From assembly GCA_964016885.1 (NCBI GenBank), contig OZ024745.1, positions 34,038,001 through 34,102,000 on the forward strand: a stretch of DNA of 64,000 bases, written 5' to 3'. A model generated the notes under the pieces. The model saw nothing but the letters and a program-made list of their open reading frames with translations. It had not been told where the DNA came from and did no database searches. Below, piece by piece: positions 1-15,930 of the stretch. Both the position numbers and the translations under genes were made by a program. The DNA comes from Eledone cirrhosa (taxonomy: Eukaryota). Numbering within the stretch: the stretch's first letter is position 1; every line of letters begins with the position of its first letter.

Positions 1-1272
1 TGTTGCTATTATCAACAATGTAACTATTCATACTGTGGTAATATCATTGCCACTGTTAATATATCCCTACTGCTGCTACTGCTGCTATTGCTACTGCTAC
101 CACTGCTGCTCTTTTTCAATACTACCTTATTTGCTATTTCTTTCTCCACAGCCTTTTCTTATAACTACCACAGTTGTTACATTTATTTTTTAATGTATTG
201 TTGCTAATATAATGACTTCTACCACTACTGTTGTTGTTACTACTTTCTCCTGCTATTTGCTGTTGTTGTCGTTGTCACTGTCATTTTCATTGCACCCCTA
301 ATGTTAAGATAATCAATTATCGGTGTTGTTCATGTTATTATCGTGATTGTTGTTGTCGAAATTGCTATTGTTGTTGACCAGTAGTCTTTGTTTTTGTAGT
401 TACAGTTGCTTTAATTTGCTTTGCTCCTTAATGCTAAAACAATCACAGCAGTATTACAAATTATTGTGACATTATTATTAACGTATTGGTGTCGATTTAA
501 TTGAATCCCCCCCCCCCCCCCCACAAAAACAAAATTGTTGGCCTTTTGTGTCAAAATCAGAAACCATTATTCTTTTTCTTGATGATGGAATCGTGAAGAC
601 GTGCTTTTGTGAGCTCGAGTAAGTTTATTGTTTTAACATATTTAGATGGTTTTGTTACAAAGGGGGCATAAGTCTTTAGTCATTGCCCTCAAGGGGAGAC
701 GCTTCATAATATTTGGGCCTTGGGCCTAAATATATAAACTTTCATTTTTACATTTTATAGTTACAAGCGGTTTTTGAAAAACTGGGGGCGACAGGCTCCG
801 CTACTTATAACTAAAGCAATCAATGGTGTGCGTCACCTGACAGCGACTCAGATTCGTGTCAAAAGGTTACTACCTCCACCGCTAATAACATCACTCCTGT
901 TAACACCACCAATACAGACAACAGTAATAGTAGCAACAACAACAAGGGTAACGACAACAAAAAGAGGAACATCAGCAACAACAACACCAACAACAATAAC
1001 AGCAACAACAACATAGTACAAGAAAACTATGAAACATTTCCCCTGCTAAATATTTCAACTCCGCCACCACCATCACAAGGACAAAAGAATATAATAACAA
1101 CAATACTAGGAAGAACACTGCCACCTCTGCTTCCAACACCACCACCAACACCACTAACACCACCAACACCACCACTGCAAGAACCAGTATAACAGAAGCA
1201 AACAACAAAAATGACAGTAACACAGACAACAACGACAACACAAGTGGCAACAACAACAATATCAGCAATAAC

Positions 1273-1401
1273 AATAATTGTTTCGACTTTTGGCACAAGC
1301 CAGTAAATTACTGGTACTTTATTTTATCGACCCCGTAAGGATGAAAGGCAAAGTTAACCTCGACGGGATTTGAACTCAGACCGTACTGCCAATTCACCGC
1401 C
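1273..1401 (-). mobile_element. tRNA-derived SINE, family A (partial, internally deleted)
   Basis: Reverse complement of the family A body (GAGTTCAAATCCCG...CTTTGCCTTTCATCCTTACGGGGTCGATAAAATAAAGTACCAG), which recurs more than 10 times in the window. Confidence 0.85.
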
Positions 1402-1469
1402 ATAACAATAATAACACCAATAATAAACACAGCACCAACATCAACAACAGCAACACAACTTTTGTAGGA

Positions 1470-4085
1470 ACGGCTGCCAAAGCTACCCAAATGTTCAATT
1501 TGGACATTTTGACAAAAGTGGCCAACCATGTCAAATTGGACAAAAATAAGGCCGACATAGGCCTCCCGCCCGATGTATTGGCAGCAACAGCCAAAAGGTC
1601 TATGACCTATAAATGTATTTACGGTTAGAGGTACAACCCTGCTTATGAGATTGAAAGAGCACTGAAAACCATATTGCCGGACATACAGCACATTGCTAGA
1701 GCCAGGAAGTTTGATATTATTTCAGTGCTTTTCAAGAGTCACTCCCTGGCGATAAAACATTCTATGGTCCCCTGCCAGACAGACAAAGTGATACTCTGGG
1801 AAGAAGGATCATAAAAGATCAGAATTGCAGGAATCCCAGCAGAGCTGAACATCTGGTAGATGCTGGTCTGCGTGGTCCTCGAGGGGACCGACACCATCTT
1901 CGAGGTGAGGAGGGCTAACTGGAGAAAACTGGTTTGGGATCAGTGTGGAGGTACCTCTCCACACCAAACCAGCAAACATGGAAAATATCCCAGACCTTAT
2001 TCGCTTGCCGGATAGAGTAGAACTCCACTTTAGTGCTAGAGAGAAGAGGCCACGTTGCCATCTTTGTGGGCAGACGGGCCATCTGGGAGCTTTCTGCTCT
2101 TAACACAAGGCAGAGAACTACACCCACAACAATAAAATCAACAACTGCAACTGCGGCACCAACAACACCAGCAGAAGCATCAACGAACCCCCAAAGACTA
2201 ACAACATCTCCAGCAGCTGCAGCTGAACCGCCCTCACCAACAACAGGCTGCAACAAAATCAAGAAAGCCCTCCTCAGACTCTCTCTCCACCCGCTCTAAA
2301 CACACACAAAGCCACTCGATTTCCAACAGCACTCGGGGAGGAGGGTCAGTAGCCCCCCCCCCCCCCCCCCACACACACACACTTTTTTCTCTTAACTCTA
2401 AGCATTCGATATGGCTATTATAAGAATAGTATGCATAACTGTTCGTGCCCTGTGGTCCTTCTGGAACAAGGTCGCTTGCTGAACAATCTTAGGTCACTAG
2501 ACATGAATGTGACTGCTGTCAGCACGAGTGAAACGAGGATTTCCGACACGCGTGCAGTAGCCTCCAACTATGAGATCTTCGCATATGTTAGTCGATCTGG
2601 AATGGGAAGACGGGGTGGCAGTGGTATTAGGAAGGGCTTGTATATCGAGATACGGACATCTTCCTGGACCCGGGCGATATGTTGGTGCTGTTGGACGTGA
2701 GCAACAGCGAGGGTAGTGCCTGCCTTTAAACTGGTGGCCGGCTACACCCCGACAAGGGCTGGACGGGCGGATTTCTTCAGGCGTCAGGAGGCCTTTCTAG
2801 GAATGTGTCACTCTTTACTGTTAACAGGGGATTGAACGGCATCTTGGACGCACACTGGGATTGTCTGAAAGTAGTAGAGAGAAGTGGCCGGTGCAATAGC
2901 CTTCAGAACCTGATCAGGCATTTTCAGCTTCTGACAGATGCCGACTAGATCTTCCCAATGCGTCAGTGTGGACCGAGACCGGTCGTATAGAGTTATCTAG
3001 ATCGTACATAGATAAGATTGCCATTAAGTTAGCAGTTAGAATGCCAAACGGTCGACTATTCAAATCACAATTTCGTTATGTGCATGGTCGACCTAGATAG
3101 AACACGTATGCAGGTACCTGATTACTGGAAGATTAACACATCGTTCCCGGTGCTTAAAACCTACAGACACCGGGTTAGCACTTTAGTTAAGCGAATGCTG
3201 ACAGGAGGAGTCACCAACAACAAGTGATGGGTGCGCTCAAGAGAGAGATTAGAGTAAAATCAATTGTTTTAGTAAAGAAGTAGTGATAGGAAAAACAAAA
3301 AGGAGAAAGAGAGAATTAGTAGTTAAATTAGAATAGGCGATTGGGAGTGGCATTACAAACGACCCCTATCGGCGAGAATAGTATTAGACTATTTCTTTAA
3401 TGCAAAACACAAAGGCTGTATTGTCAGAGCTAAAGCACGTATCTGAGAAACGAAGGAATGACAGCTGTTCGATGGGCCCATTTGGCAGAGGCGCAGCGTG
3501 GAAACAAAACCGCAAATCGGTCATTGACGGACCGAGACGAGCGGCTTTTCACTAGCACTTTCTACAACTGTTCGAAGAAAACAGGTTTTCAGAGACAGTA
3601 GTTGACTTTAGTTCCTGTTTCGACGGCTTGCCGTGATTCTCGGTGACTGATGCATCGTCTGCCCTATCTGTTTTACGTACATATGCCACACTTGTTCTCC
3701 GATCTCCACTGCAACCGGTAGCAGAAGGAAAGTATTCCCAGTTGATAAGAAAAGACAAGAACCAGAAGGACGTAATGGATAATTTTAGGACCATAACTCT
3801 GTTAAATATTGGTGCTAACAATGATTTGACGCTTGTCTTCGAATACTTGGCAGGGAAGGCGGAGACATCTGCATTCCAGATCATGTTCAAAGATAACTTC
3901 CACCTCATGCAATACACCATAGAGAAGGTAGGGAGTAAACTTGGCTTCATTGGGCCTCTGATCAATTTGGATTAATCAAAAGATTTTGACCATCGATACA
4001 TGGAAGCTGTCCTCAAGGCAGCTGGCTTCGGATACCTGCTCGGTGGTCAAAGTCAACGGCCACCTATCGGATATTCCTAAACGGT
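1470..4085 (+). mobile_element. Decayed L1/Tx1-type LINE (ORF1-like region, APE endonuclease, N-terminal half of RT)
   Basis: Broken frames give an APE start (LRSLDMNVTAVSTSETR), a YTP motif near 2742, YWKINTS near 3121, then RT motifs NFRTITLLN (cf. NWRPISLLN) and LINLD*SKDFD (cf. LDQSKAFD). Many stops and frameshifts; 5' boundary approximate. Confidence 0.75.
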
Positions 4086-4098
4086 GATCAATATTATT

Positions 4099-4280
4099 GG
4101 TGGATTGGCAGTATCGGTAGAGGATCGGACGCCATGCTTTCCAGCATAGTTACGTCCCTTTACGATCTGAGTTCAAATCCCGCCGAGGTTGACTTTGCCT
4201 TTCATCCTTACGGGGTCGATACAATAAAGTACCAGTAATGCACTGGGTAATTGCTGGCCTTGTGCCAAAAGTTGAAACAA
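4099..4280 (+). mobile_element. tRNA-derived SINE, family A (full length)
   Basis: A-box-like TGGCAGTATCGGTAG, B-box GAGTTCAAATCC, conserved central domain. Flanked by direct repeat AATATTATTG (TSD). Confidence 0.9.
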
Positions 4281-4772
4281 ATATTATTGTAAACTCCCAA
4301 TGGAGTGGCCAATAAAGAAATTTTTTATTAGTGGTAGTAGTAGTAGTAACAGTAGTATTATCAGTAGTAGTAGTAGTAGTAGTAGTAGTCGTCGTAGTAG
4401 TAACAACAACAACAGTAGCAGTAGTAGTAGTAGTTATTTTTGTTGGAGTCAGTGTTACAGTTTTTCATTGCTCCACATTGCTAATGTAACCACTGTGGAT
4501 ATTATTGTCTTTGTTGTTGTCATCGATGCTGTTGTCTTATTGCTGTTGCCATCGTTCGCGTGGTTGTGTTGTTGTTGTTGTTGATCTTGTTACAGCCTGT
4601 GTTGCATTTGCTATTGCAGCTAATATTGCTGCAACATTTTCAACTATTGTTATTTGCAATTGCCTTGTTTTCTTATTGGACATATTTTAAGATGAAAGAC
4701 GTTCCAGCTGCGATCATTTTGTCATTTATATTTTATTACGAGATAGCGGCTATGGATACAATATTATATTAA

Positions 4773-4925
4773 TATGCTTTCCAGCATAGTTACGTCCCTT
4801 TACGATCTGAGTTCAAATCCCGCCGAGGTTGACTTTGCCTTTCATCCTTACGGGGTCGATAAAATAAAGTACCAGTAATGCACTGGATATTTGCTGGCCT
4901 TGTGCCTAAAGTAGAAACAATTATA
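4773..4925 (+). mobile_element. SINE family A (5' truncated)
   Basis: Near-identical to 4135-4280. Confidence 0.9.
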
Positions 4926-5371
4926 TTAATAAACGTGTACTTTTTTTGCGGAAGAATATTGTGAGGGAGATTTGGCTGCAATGTATAGTTAGTTAAGCGG
5001 CCACGTATAGGTTCCCTCGTTGGGTGGGGTTGAATTAATTTGCTGTTGCTGCTGATGTTGATGACATCAGCAAATCATGCGACAGCAGATACTGTTGTTA
5101 TGTTTGTTCGTGAGGTTACTTATACATCATCTAAACTGACAGAGATGTGGGGATGTTGGATAGAATAACTTGTGGTATTCATTCTGCTTGTCTGTGCTTC
5201 GAGTGTAAACCCAACCGAGGTGAACTTTGTTTTCATTTTCTCGAGGTGTAGTAATAGAGTCTATTCTTTCTCTCCCCACCTCTCCGTTCCTCTTTTCTCT
5301 CTATCATTCTGGGGATGAACGCCGTATGTCACAATGGATACCCTACTACTTCATCAGTATATGACAACTTC

Positions 5372-5590
5372 ACTAGTGATGGCGCAACGATAAAATGCAC
5401 CCACGACACCCTCTTAAACGGTAGTGATGAGGCTACAATAAAATGCATCGAATACACCCTGTAATGTGTTAGTGTGGGAGCCACGTTAAAATCTACCCAG
5501 TACACTATTTAAAGTAGTAATGCCGGTGCCACGATAAACGGTACCCAGTACACCCTGTAAAGTGTTAAGTCTGGTGCCTCGATAAAATGA
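5372..5590. repeat. Degenerate ~48-bp minisatellite, about 4.5 units
   Basis: Recurring GGTGCCACGATAAAATGCACCCAGTACACCCTGTAAAGTG-like unit. Confidence 0.7.
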
Positions 5591-6230
5591 AAGACTGATG
5601 GAAATATATCCGGTCAGGTAAAACACAAACAAGCTTAATCCATGTAAATGAATATATATAAAATACCAAACCAGAGACGGTGGTTATGGTGGAATTGTTA
5701 TAGCAGTTACTTGACAGTATTTGGTCCAGCTCTGTGAATTCTGAGTTCATATTCCGGCTCCTTCTGTCAAGAGTTGCGACCGGCAAATGGCATCAGCAAT
5801 GAAAAGACTAATGGAAACAGTCTTGTCTGTCTCATTTGATGATTAGCTCCTTTATTTTGCTTTTATTGATATCAAGTTGAGAGTGAAGTTCATATCATAT
5901 ACCACCACCTTGTTTCAGGAGTTGTGATCGACCGGTACTATCATAGTTTCCTTGATATGAAGATCGGTTCCTTTCCTTTCATTCCCTCACCTACAATGAA
6001 GAGTGTGGTATTTAGGCAATGCAATGTTAGTAGAACGTGGCGAATTAGGCGAAGCCGCTAGAACGTATCATAGAATATTTGTGATTTTTGTTCCGGCCCT
6101 CTGCGCTCTGAGTTCAAATCACTTCCTTTCGAGGCCAACAAACAAAGAACCAGCTCTATAACGTAGTCCACCCTTCTAAATCTATTTCACACATCTCACA
6201 ATTCTACTCCTTATTTCTCCGGAAATAAAT

Positions 6231-6277
6231 CGGTTGCGATGCGGTTGCGATGCGGTTGCGATGCGGTTGCGATGCGA
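6231..6277. repeat. 11-bp tandem repeat (GCGGTTGCGAT)x4
   Basis: Directly visible. Confidence 0.9.
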
Positions 6278-6826
6278 TTTGAAAAGGAATGAGCCTCACC
6301 AGGTTTAAATGACCAGTTTAATGTGATGACGGCGCCTCTACGACTCCTTCAGCAGCTAAGGCTTCATGCAATGGATGGGTGGAGCCGCGTCTCTACACTC
6401 TGAGATCAGATCCGTCAAGGTCAACATTGCCTTTCATCCTTTCGATGAATGAGCTCCGCTATGTTGAAATGTCCATATGTCATGGCAGCGCCCCTACGAC
6501 TCCATCAGGTACTAAGTGCTTATGGCATAGCATAGTTTAATGAATGGATGGATGGAGTATTAGTCGTTTGGTAAATATAAACGTTGGTTCTTGCTATAGG
6601 TCCTGCTGGACGACTGCAGTGAATGAGGGTCTGCTGCAGCATCAATAAACTATAGTAACAGTGCAGGCCGCTGTCTATTATTAGCCCGGAAATGGACACT
6701 GCATCATAAAGGGAGGAGGTAAAAATAAGAGGTGTGGGCAGAGTAATAACTGATTTACTGAGAGAAGGGGAGGCAGAGAAGACACACTAGTTGAAAAGTG
6801 GACTGAAAAGTGAGCAAATGAGGGAG

Positions 6827-8640
<1,814 letters not shown>

Positions 8641-8819
8641 AAATGTGAAAAAGGTCATCAATGGCGTTGAATAGTAGGAGTGGTAGTATTGGTGGTAGTA
8701 TAGAGGTGGTATGGGAGGTAGTGGTATCTCTTACTGTTAGTATTAGTATTATTATATAAAACATTAAAATGTACAAATAATAAATTAAATATAGGAATAA
8801 TAATAATTATTATTACTAT

Positions 8820-8897
8820 TAGTGGGGTGGCGGTAGTGGAGTGGTAATTGTGGTGGTGGGGGTAGTAGTAGAGGTAATAGTGGAGGTGGTAGTGTTG

Positions 8898-8934
<37 letters not shown>

Positions 8935-9219
8935 GAGGAGGAGTGGTAGAGGTAATAGTGGAGGTGGTAGTATTGGTAGTAGTAGTAGTCGTAATAGTAG
9001 TTGTAGTAGGAGTGGTAGTAGTGGTAGTAGTACTAGTAGTAGTGTTGGTAGCAATAGTAGTTGTATTAGTAGTTGTCGTTGTAGCAGTAGTAGTAGTTGT
9101 AGTAGTTGTATTAGTAATCGTAGTAGTATTGTTGTTGTTGGTAGTAGTAGTATGCAATGGTAGTAGTTATGGTAATAGTAGTAGCTGTTCTAGAAGTAGT
9201 AGTAGCAGTAGTAGTAGTC

Positions 9220-9251
<32 letters not shown>

Positions 9252-9420
9252 TGTAGTAGTAGTAGTTGTAGTAGTTGTATTAGTAATCGTAGTAATATTG
9301 TTGTTGATGGTAGTAGTAGTATTACTAGTACTAGATGTGGTGTAGATCATGGTGGTGGTGGCAGTTTTAATAGTAGTAGCAGTAGTACTGGCGGTAGTAG
9401 TAGTAGTAGTTGTAATAGTG

Positions 9421-9476
<56 letters not shown>

Positions 9477-9831
9477 TGCAGTAGTTTAGTAGTGGTGGTA
9501 GTAGTAGTAGTACTGGTAGTAGTAGTAGTAGTAGTAGTGGCTGTAATAGGGTCAGATCAATACAGTTGCTATTTATAGTTCTTCGTAAAAGCTGCAACAA
9601 CAACAACAACAACAACAAGAGCAACAACAATGACAACATAGGTGGCACCAGCAGTATCAGTTATAACTAAAGTAATAGTTAAAAACAACGGCAGCAATAC
9701 TACTACTACTACTACCATTACTATACTACTACTACTACTACTACTACTACTAACACCAGTAACACTGCTACTACTACTACTATTACTACTACCAATACCA
9801 CCACTACTACTACTACTACCACCACCAGCAA

Positions 9832-9873
<42 letters not shown>

Positions 9874-9881
9874 CATTACTA

Positions 9882-9931
<50 letters not shown>

Positions 9932-10013
9932 ACACCAGTAACACTGCTACTACTACTACTATTACTACTACCAATACCACCACTACTACTACTACTACCA
10001 CCACCACCAGCAA

Positions 10014-10055
<42 letters not shown>

Positions 10056-10063
10056 CACTACTA

Positions 10064-10113
<50 letters not shown>

Positions 10114-10175
10114 ACACCAGCAACACTGCTACTACTACTACTACTACTACTACTACTATTACTACTACTACCACT

Positions 10176-10228
<53 letters not shown>

Positions 10229-10264
10229 CAGCAACACTACTACTACTACCACCACCACCACCAA

Positions 10265-10308
<44 letters not shown>

Positions 10309-10751
10309 GTAGTAGTTGTGATGGTGTTAGTTGTGGTATTGGTAGTAGTAGTAGTAGTGGTGGTAGTATTAGTATGGTTATTGGCGGTGATGATGCTATA
10401 ACTAGTAGCTGTGACAGTGTTAGTAGCTGTGGTAGTAGTTGTAGTAGTAGTAGTAGTATTAGCTATATAGTGTTGTTGTTTAACCCTAGGTAGACACTGA
10501 TATAGCTGACCTACGATGACCCATGATAACCGACGTTCCAATTGTGACCATCCAGTTTTTTTGAAAGATTATGTAGAATTACGGCAGTTGATAAGTCTAC
10601 TCCTTATTCAAGGCGGTAGCTTTGGATTTAAGGGTGCTGTAGCTACTATTTCTGGCAGAATAATAGACCATTTAGAAGCCCTCTTGATGGCTATATTTAG
10701 AGTTGTTTGTAGCAGCAGCAGTAGCAGCGTCAGCATCATCATCAGCTGCAG

Positions 10752-10807
<56 letters not shown>

Positions 10808-11086
10808 ATAGTAGTAGTAGTAGTAAATTAATCAGTTCCACCATTGCTAATATAATCAGTTATCATTGTTGAGGTAGTAGAAGTTATTGTTATGGCTTTA
10901 CTACTACTACTACTACTGTTACTACTGCTGCTGCTAGTAGTAGTAGTAGTAGTAGTAGTGGTAGTAGTGGTAGTGGTGGTGGTTGTGGTAGTAGTAGTAG
11001 TAGTGGTGGTAGCGGTTGTAGTAGTAGTAGTAGTAGTGTTAGTTGTAGTAGTAGTAGTGTTAGTGGTAGTGGTAGTGGTGGTGGTT

Positions 11087-11134
<48 letters not shown>

Positions 11135-11145
11135 ATAGTAGTAAA
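8820..11145. repeat. (AGT)n/(ACT)n trinucleotide field with a ~180-bp higher-order unit and strand switches
   Basis: Unit starting AACACCAG(T/C)AACACTGC recurs at about 9752, 9931 and 10113. ACT-to-AGT switches at about 10308 and 10935. Confidence 0.9.
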
Positions 11146-11425
11146 CTAACAGTAAGAATAATATAAGTTAAGATCGATATCCGAACTAATGGACATGGAC
11201 TACTGTGGAGTTGTTTTGTTGTTTTTTAAACAGGAAAACATGAAAATGTAGCGTCAAACAGAATTAAAATTCAATTTATAGAAATAGTGAATACAAACTA
11301 TAGTCTGTCTGTATGCACCCATGTATGTATGTATGTATGTATGTATGTATGTATGTATGTATGTATGTATGTATGTATGTATGTATGTATGTATGTATGT
11401 ATGCGTGTATGTACATGTATGCATG

Positions 11426-11459
<34 letters not shown>

Positions 11460-11491
11460 TGTATGTATGTATGTATGTATGTATGTATGTA

Positions 11492-11875
11492 TTGTCAAGG
11501 CAGAATTCTAGAAGGAAAACTCTAATATAACACCTGCAACCCTGATGGTATCCAATGATGTTGACTTGTTCTTCTTTTTGGTAAATATCATCTTGGTTAA
11601 GAGAGTGGGACTGGCTTTGTGCAGTGCCTTTGCTCACTATAAAAGCTTCACGGCACAAGCATTGCCTTATATCTGGAGATCTCTCTGCACTTGTCGTCAC
11701 ATGGTACCATGGGCCCAGCACTATGTGTCAATAATTGTCACAAGTGTAGTGTTTGTACCAGAGTTTTCAAGTCGCTGGCTGGACTAAAAAGTCACACTTG
11801 TTCAGCGCATCGGTAGGGGTTCTCCTACATGGATATAAAGTAGTGGCCGTACTCGAAAACGAGTTGGCAGCCACC
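11492..11875 (+). mobile_element. Bipartite RTE-derived short retroposon, embedded in (TATG)n
   Basis: 5' CTAG(G)AGAAGGAAAACTCT motif resembles RTE 5' UTRs (from recall). The 3' part encodes [21 protein letters not shown], an RTE-type C-terminal C2H2. Tail is (ATGT)n. Five copies in the window. Confidence 0.75.
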
Positions 11876-11931
11876 ATGTAATGTATGTATGTACATGTAT
11901 GCATGTATATATGTATGTATGCACCCAAGTG

Positions 11932-11963
<32 letters not shown>

Positions 11964-12735
11964 TGTATGTATGTATGTATGTATGTATGTATGTATGTAT
12001 ATATGTATGTATGTATGTATGAATACATGCATGTATGTATGAATGCATGTATATATATGCATGCATGTATGTATGTATGAATACATGCATGTATGTTAGA
12101 ATGTATGTATGTATGCATGAATGTATGTATGCATGAATACATGCGTGTATGTATGAATGTATGTATATGTATGCATATATGTTGAGTGAATACATGCATG
12201 TATGTATGCATGTATGTATGAATGTATGTATATATATGAATGTATGTATGTATGTATGTTTGTATGTATGCATGTATGTATGTATGTATGTATGTATGTA
12301 TGTATGTATGTATGTATGTATGTATGTATGTATGTATGTATGTATGTGTATGTATGTATATATATGTATATATATGTATGTATATATATGTATATGTATG
12401 TATGTATGTATATATATGTATGTATGTATGTATATGTATGTATATATATGTATGTATGTATGTATATATATGTATATGTTGTATGTATATATATATATGT
12501 ATGTATGTATATATATGTATATGTATGCATGTATATATGTATGTATATGTATGTATATATATATGTATGTATGTATGTATATGTATGTATATATATATAT
12601 GTTTGTATGTATATATGTATATATATATATGTATGTATGTATATGTATGTATATATATATATATGTATGTATGTATATATATGTATATGTATGCATGCAT
12701 GTATGTATGTATGTATGTATGTATGTATGCATGTA
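11876..12735. repeat. (TATG)n/(TA)n compound microsatellite
   Basis: Directly visible. Confidence 0.95.
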
Positions 12736-13155
12736 TGCAGTGGCCAATGGTAGTAAAGGTTGCATTAACAACAGTCAGAACCTATAAATAGCTGGTGAAG
12801 TTTAACCGGTACATCGGCCCGGGGCCTAGAGAACCAAAGTCTGTGTGTTTGTTAGTAGTGGGGACAGGCACAGATCAGTGGCAGGGACATCTGACTTCCT
12901 AGTCGAAAAGATGAAATATAAAAAATAAAATTAAACAAAATAAATGAATAAAAAAATCCCTCAGCTACCTTTAATTTTGATAGGGGATACCCCCCCCTCC
13001 CTTAGCTCGCTCATCTTCGTGGGCTGAAAACATACTCCTTTACATCCTCCTTTACATCCTCACTTTACAAAATGTTTCCCCCTTCGGTGACATCTTGCTA
13101 ATAGTAAGATCAACACTAACAATAACGTTATTATCATCATTATCATTGTCATCAT

Positions 13156-13514
13156 TGGCAGTATCGGTAGAGGGTCGGACGCCATGTTTTCCAGCATAGT
13201 TACGTCCCTTTACGATCTGAGTTCAAATCCCGCTGAGGTTGACTTTGCTTTTAATCCTTACGGGGTCGATAAAATAAAGTACCAGTAATGCACTGGGTAA
13301 TTGCTGGCCTTGTGCCTAAAGTAGAAACAATTATTATTGTCATCATTGGCAGTATCGGTAGAGGATCGGACGCCATGCTTTGACGCATAGAGTTACGGCC
13401 CTTGTCATTCTGAGTTCAAATCCTGCCGAGGTTAACTTTGCCTTTCATAATAAAGTACAGTACCAGTAATGCACTGAGATAATTACTGGCCTTGTGCCAA
13501 TAGTAGAAACAATA
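13156..13514 (+). mobile_element. Two tandem SINE family A copies
   Basis: 13156-13335 and 13346-13514, each flanked by an ATTGTCATCATT motif. Confidence 0.9.
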
Positions 13515-13885
13515 ATCATTGTCATCATTACGATCATCATCATCACATTCACCACCACCACCACCACCACCACCACCACTAATATGATGTAGTGTTAACT
13601 GTACTAGCTAGCAATTCTAGGAATTTGTAGGATTCTCACCCATAGTCCCTCCACCGCACCAACAGCAGAAGCAGCAACAGCCGCAACATCAGCATCAGCA
13701 ACAACAGCAGCACATATGACCAGTTGCTTAGAGAAGGAGCAGACCTCGGATATACCGAAGACGGGGTTGATAGAATTTTTTTGAGCTTCATTCGAGCGAG
13801 TAGGAACGGAGGATTTTAAATAATTAAGACCACCTGTATTGGCGTTTTTAGTTAATTTATGGTTCGGCTTTAGCTACACAATAAT

Positions 13886-13919
<34 letters not shown>

Positions 13920-14278
13920 GAACCGGTATTACCAACATCATCATGACCATCATCAATAGTTTCCTCCTCCCTCCTCTTCCTCCCCATCATCATCATAATT
14001 ATCATCATCGATATCGTTAACAACTACAACGACATCAGTACTAAGATTTCCAGCAGTACCACTACCACCATCGTCATCATCATCCTCGTGACCATTATCA
14101 CAAGCAGTAGTAACAACAGCAACAGCAGTGAGGAATTCTTTTGATATGGTAAAATGTAAATGTTTATAGAATTGTCCGCCAACTATATTAATGATATTTA
14201 TTCTACAAACTAGAGAGAGAGAGAACAGACGTAAACTAACCGAGACATGATTTCTATTCAAAATAGAAATACATTGTG

Positions 14279-14420
14279 AAGGTGTGTGGCTTAGTGATTA
14301 AGGTTTTGGTCTCAAAATCATAAGGTTATGTGTTCAATTCGTTGTAAGTTCTATCCCTGAGCCAGGGGCTTCATTTCACGTTGCTTCACACAAATCAATT
14401 GAAAAAAATGAATAGTGTTT
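14279..14420 (+). mobile_element. tRNA-derived SINE, family B (diverged)
   Basis: TGGCTTAGTGATTAAGG A-box, GTTCAATTC B-box, ATTTCACGTTGCT body shared with 32488, 34718 and 43662. Confidence 0.65.
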
Positions 14421-15930
14421 GGCTCAGGCGAGAGTCTTTTCATGACAGTATGGGAATCCCTGTCATTAAAAGAGCCAAGAAACATCCTACGAATTACATT
14501 CTCATAGGAAGTCAGCTACACCTGTAATCTTTATGTGTGAGCTGTAACAGAAACAACTACTATAACACAAAGTAGAAAGCTTAAATTACATGCAATCACC
14601 TCTTCATACTATAACGAGAAAGCGCGAATCCTAAAGGTTAGAGTATTGGTCTCATTTCACGTTGCCTTTCATGTAAAGACTGGAAGAAAACCATGCTATG
14701 AGATGCAAACTTATAGGAGGCCAAGTAAACCTGCATAAGTGCAAGTTCGATGAGATTTGAAATCAGAGAGCAAATAGCCGGAACAAATATTGAGCCATTC
14801 ATTCCAACCCTCTAACGACTGTCAATTCGCCGTCATAGATAAGGGTTAAACATTTGGATCTACTCCAGCCATGTTTACTGTTCAGCCAGTCATATACCTT
14901 AGCCGTTTTCACTGTTCTATTGTAAAAATATTGAAACAAGTTTCTGTCATAAATAAATAAAAAACAAAATAAATCAATCACTGGAAATCCTTATCTTAGT
15001 CTCCAACGTAAGTTTATAATTCAGAAAATGTTTGCTAACAATAACAAAAACGGTGAATACAGCACACAGAGGGGGAAGAGTGAGAAACAACAAAAAGAAT
15101 TACTACGAAACAACATCATATAGAGAATGCAGAGTGAATTGGATCTAGTCTTTAAAGCCAACTGGCTTTAAAGATCAGATCTACTCTAATCTACATTGTC
15201 TATATTGTCCAAACATTTCCATCAGATGGCCGTATTGGAGCTATTTCCATTTGTTGGTTTTAGATTCTAAACATCTCCAGAGGGAATCTTTGTCTACAAA
15301 TTCATGGGAAAATCTCGACTGGTCGACATTTTTCAATCCACTATATGACATATGTGAGACTCTACTGTATCTGTAGTAAGCGAGTAAAAGGTTCCCTCGG
15401 GGTAATTTCTCTCAGGTTTATTTTCGAAAATGAAGAGATCTCTAGATTAAGATGTAGTTCTGAGTAGTTCCAACCTTACCAATATTTTGAGTGGTGAGGG
15501 CAAATTTGGTTAAATCGACTCCAGGACTTCAACCAGAAAAAATGAAAAGAAGTGTTGACTATGGTGGGATTTGAACTCAGAATGAAAAGAGACTGAACAA
15601 ATACCATAATAGCATTTTATCCAACGTCCAAACAATTTTGCCAATCTGACACCCCCAGACACAACCAATATCAATCTTGAAAAGTATAATATTTAGATAC
15701 TTTAATGAAAATTCAAAAAATTTCTTTAGTTGTGAGTGTCATGAACCGGAAGTTATTTAATATTTCATGTCTGTAAGCAGTCAACAGTCATTTCCGTCCA
15801 TCAATAGAAACGGCTGTCTATCGCTGAATTTGCCCATAAGTTGAATTTAAAGCAATAAACAATCTCTGCAAATTAACATAGTACCCAACATTGCCTCCAC
15901 CAGCGATTTATATACTCATGTTTTCGCAGA

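Noticed and set aside
4099-4185. Functional tRNA genes (also 57774-57845)
   Set aside because: A/B boxes are present but there is no clean cloverleaf. The family A heads continue into a SINE body.
5372-5590. CRISPR-like array (also 43000-43530 and 61960-62345)
   Set aside because: Degenerate tandem units without unique spacers, no cas genes, eukaryotic context.
8785-11149. Thr/Val/Ser/Leu-rich, mucin-like ORFs
   Set aside because: Trinucleotide repeats open on both strands, with no domain or splice evidence.
11750-11816. C2H2 zinc-finger gene exon
   Set aside because: Single finger followed by a stop, repeated in five dispersed copies with a retroposon tail.
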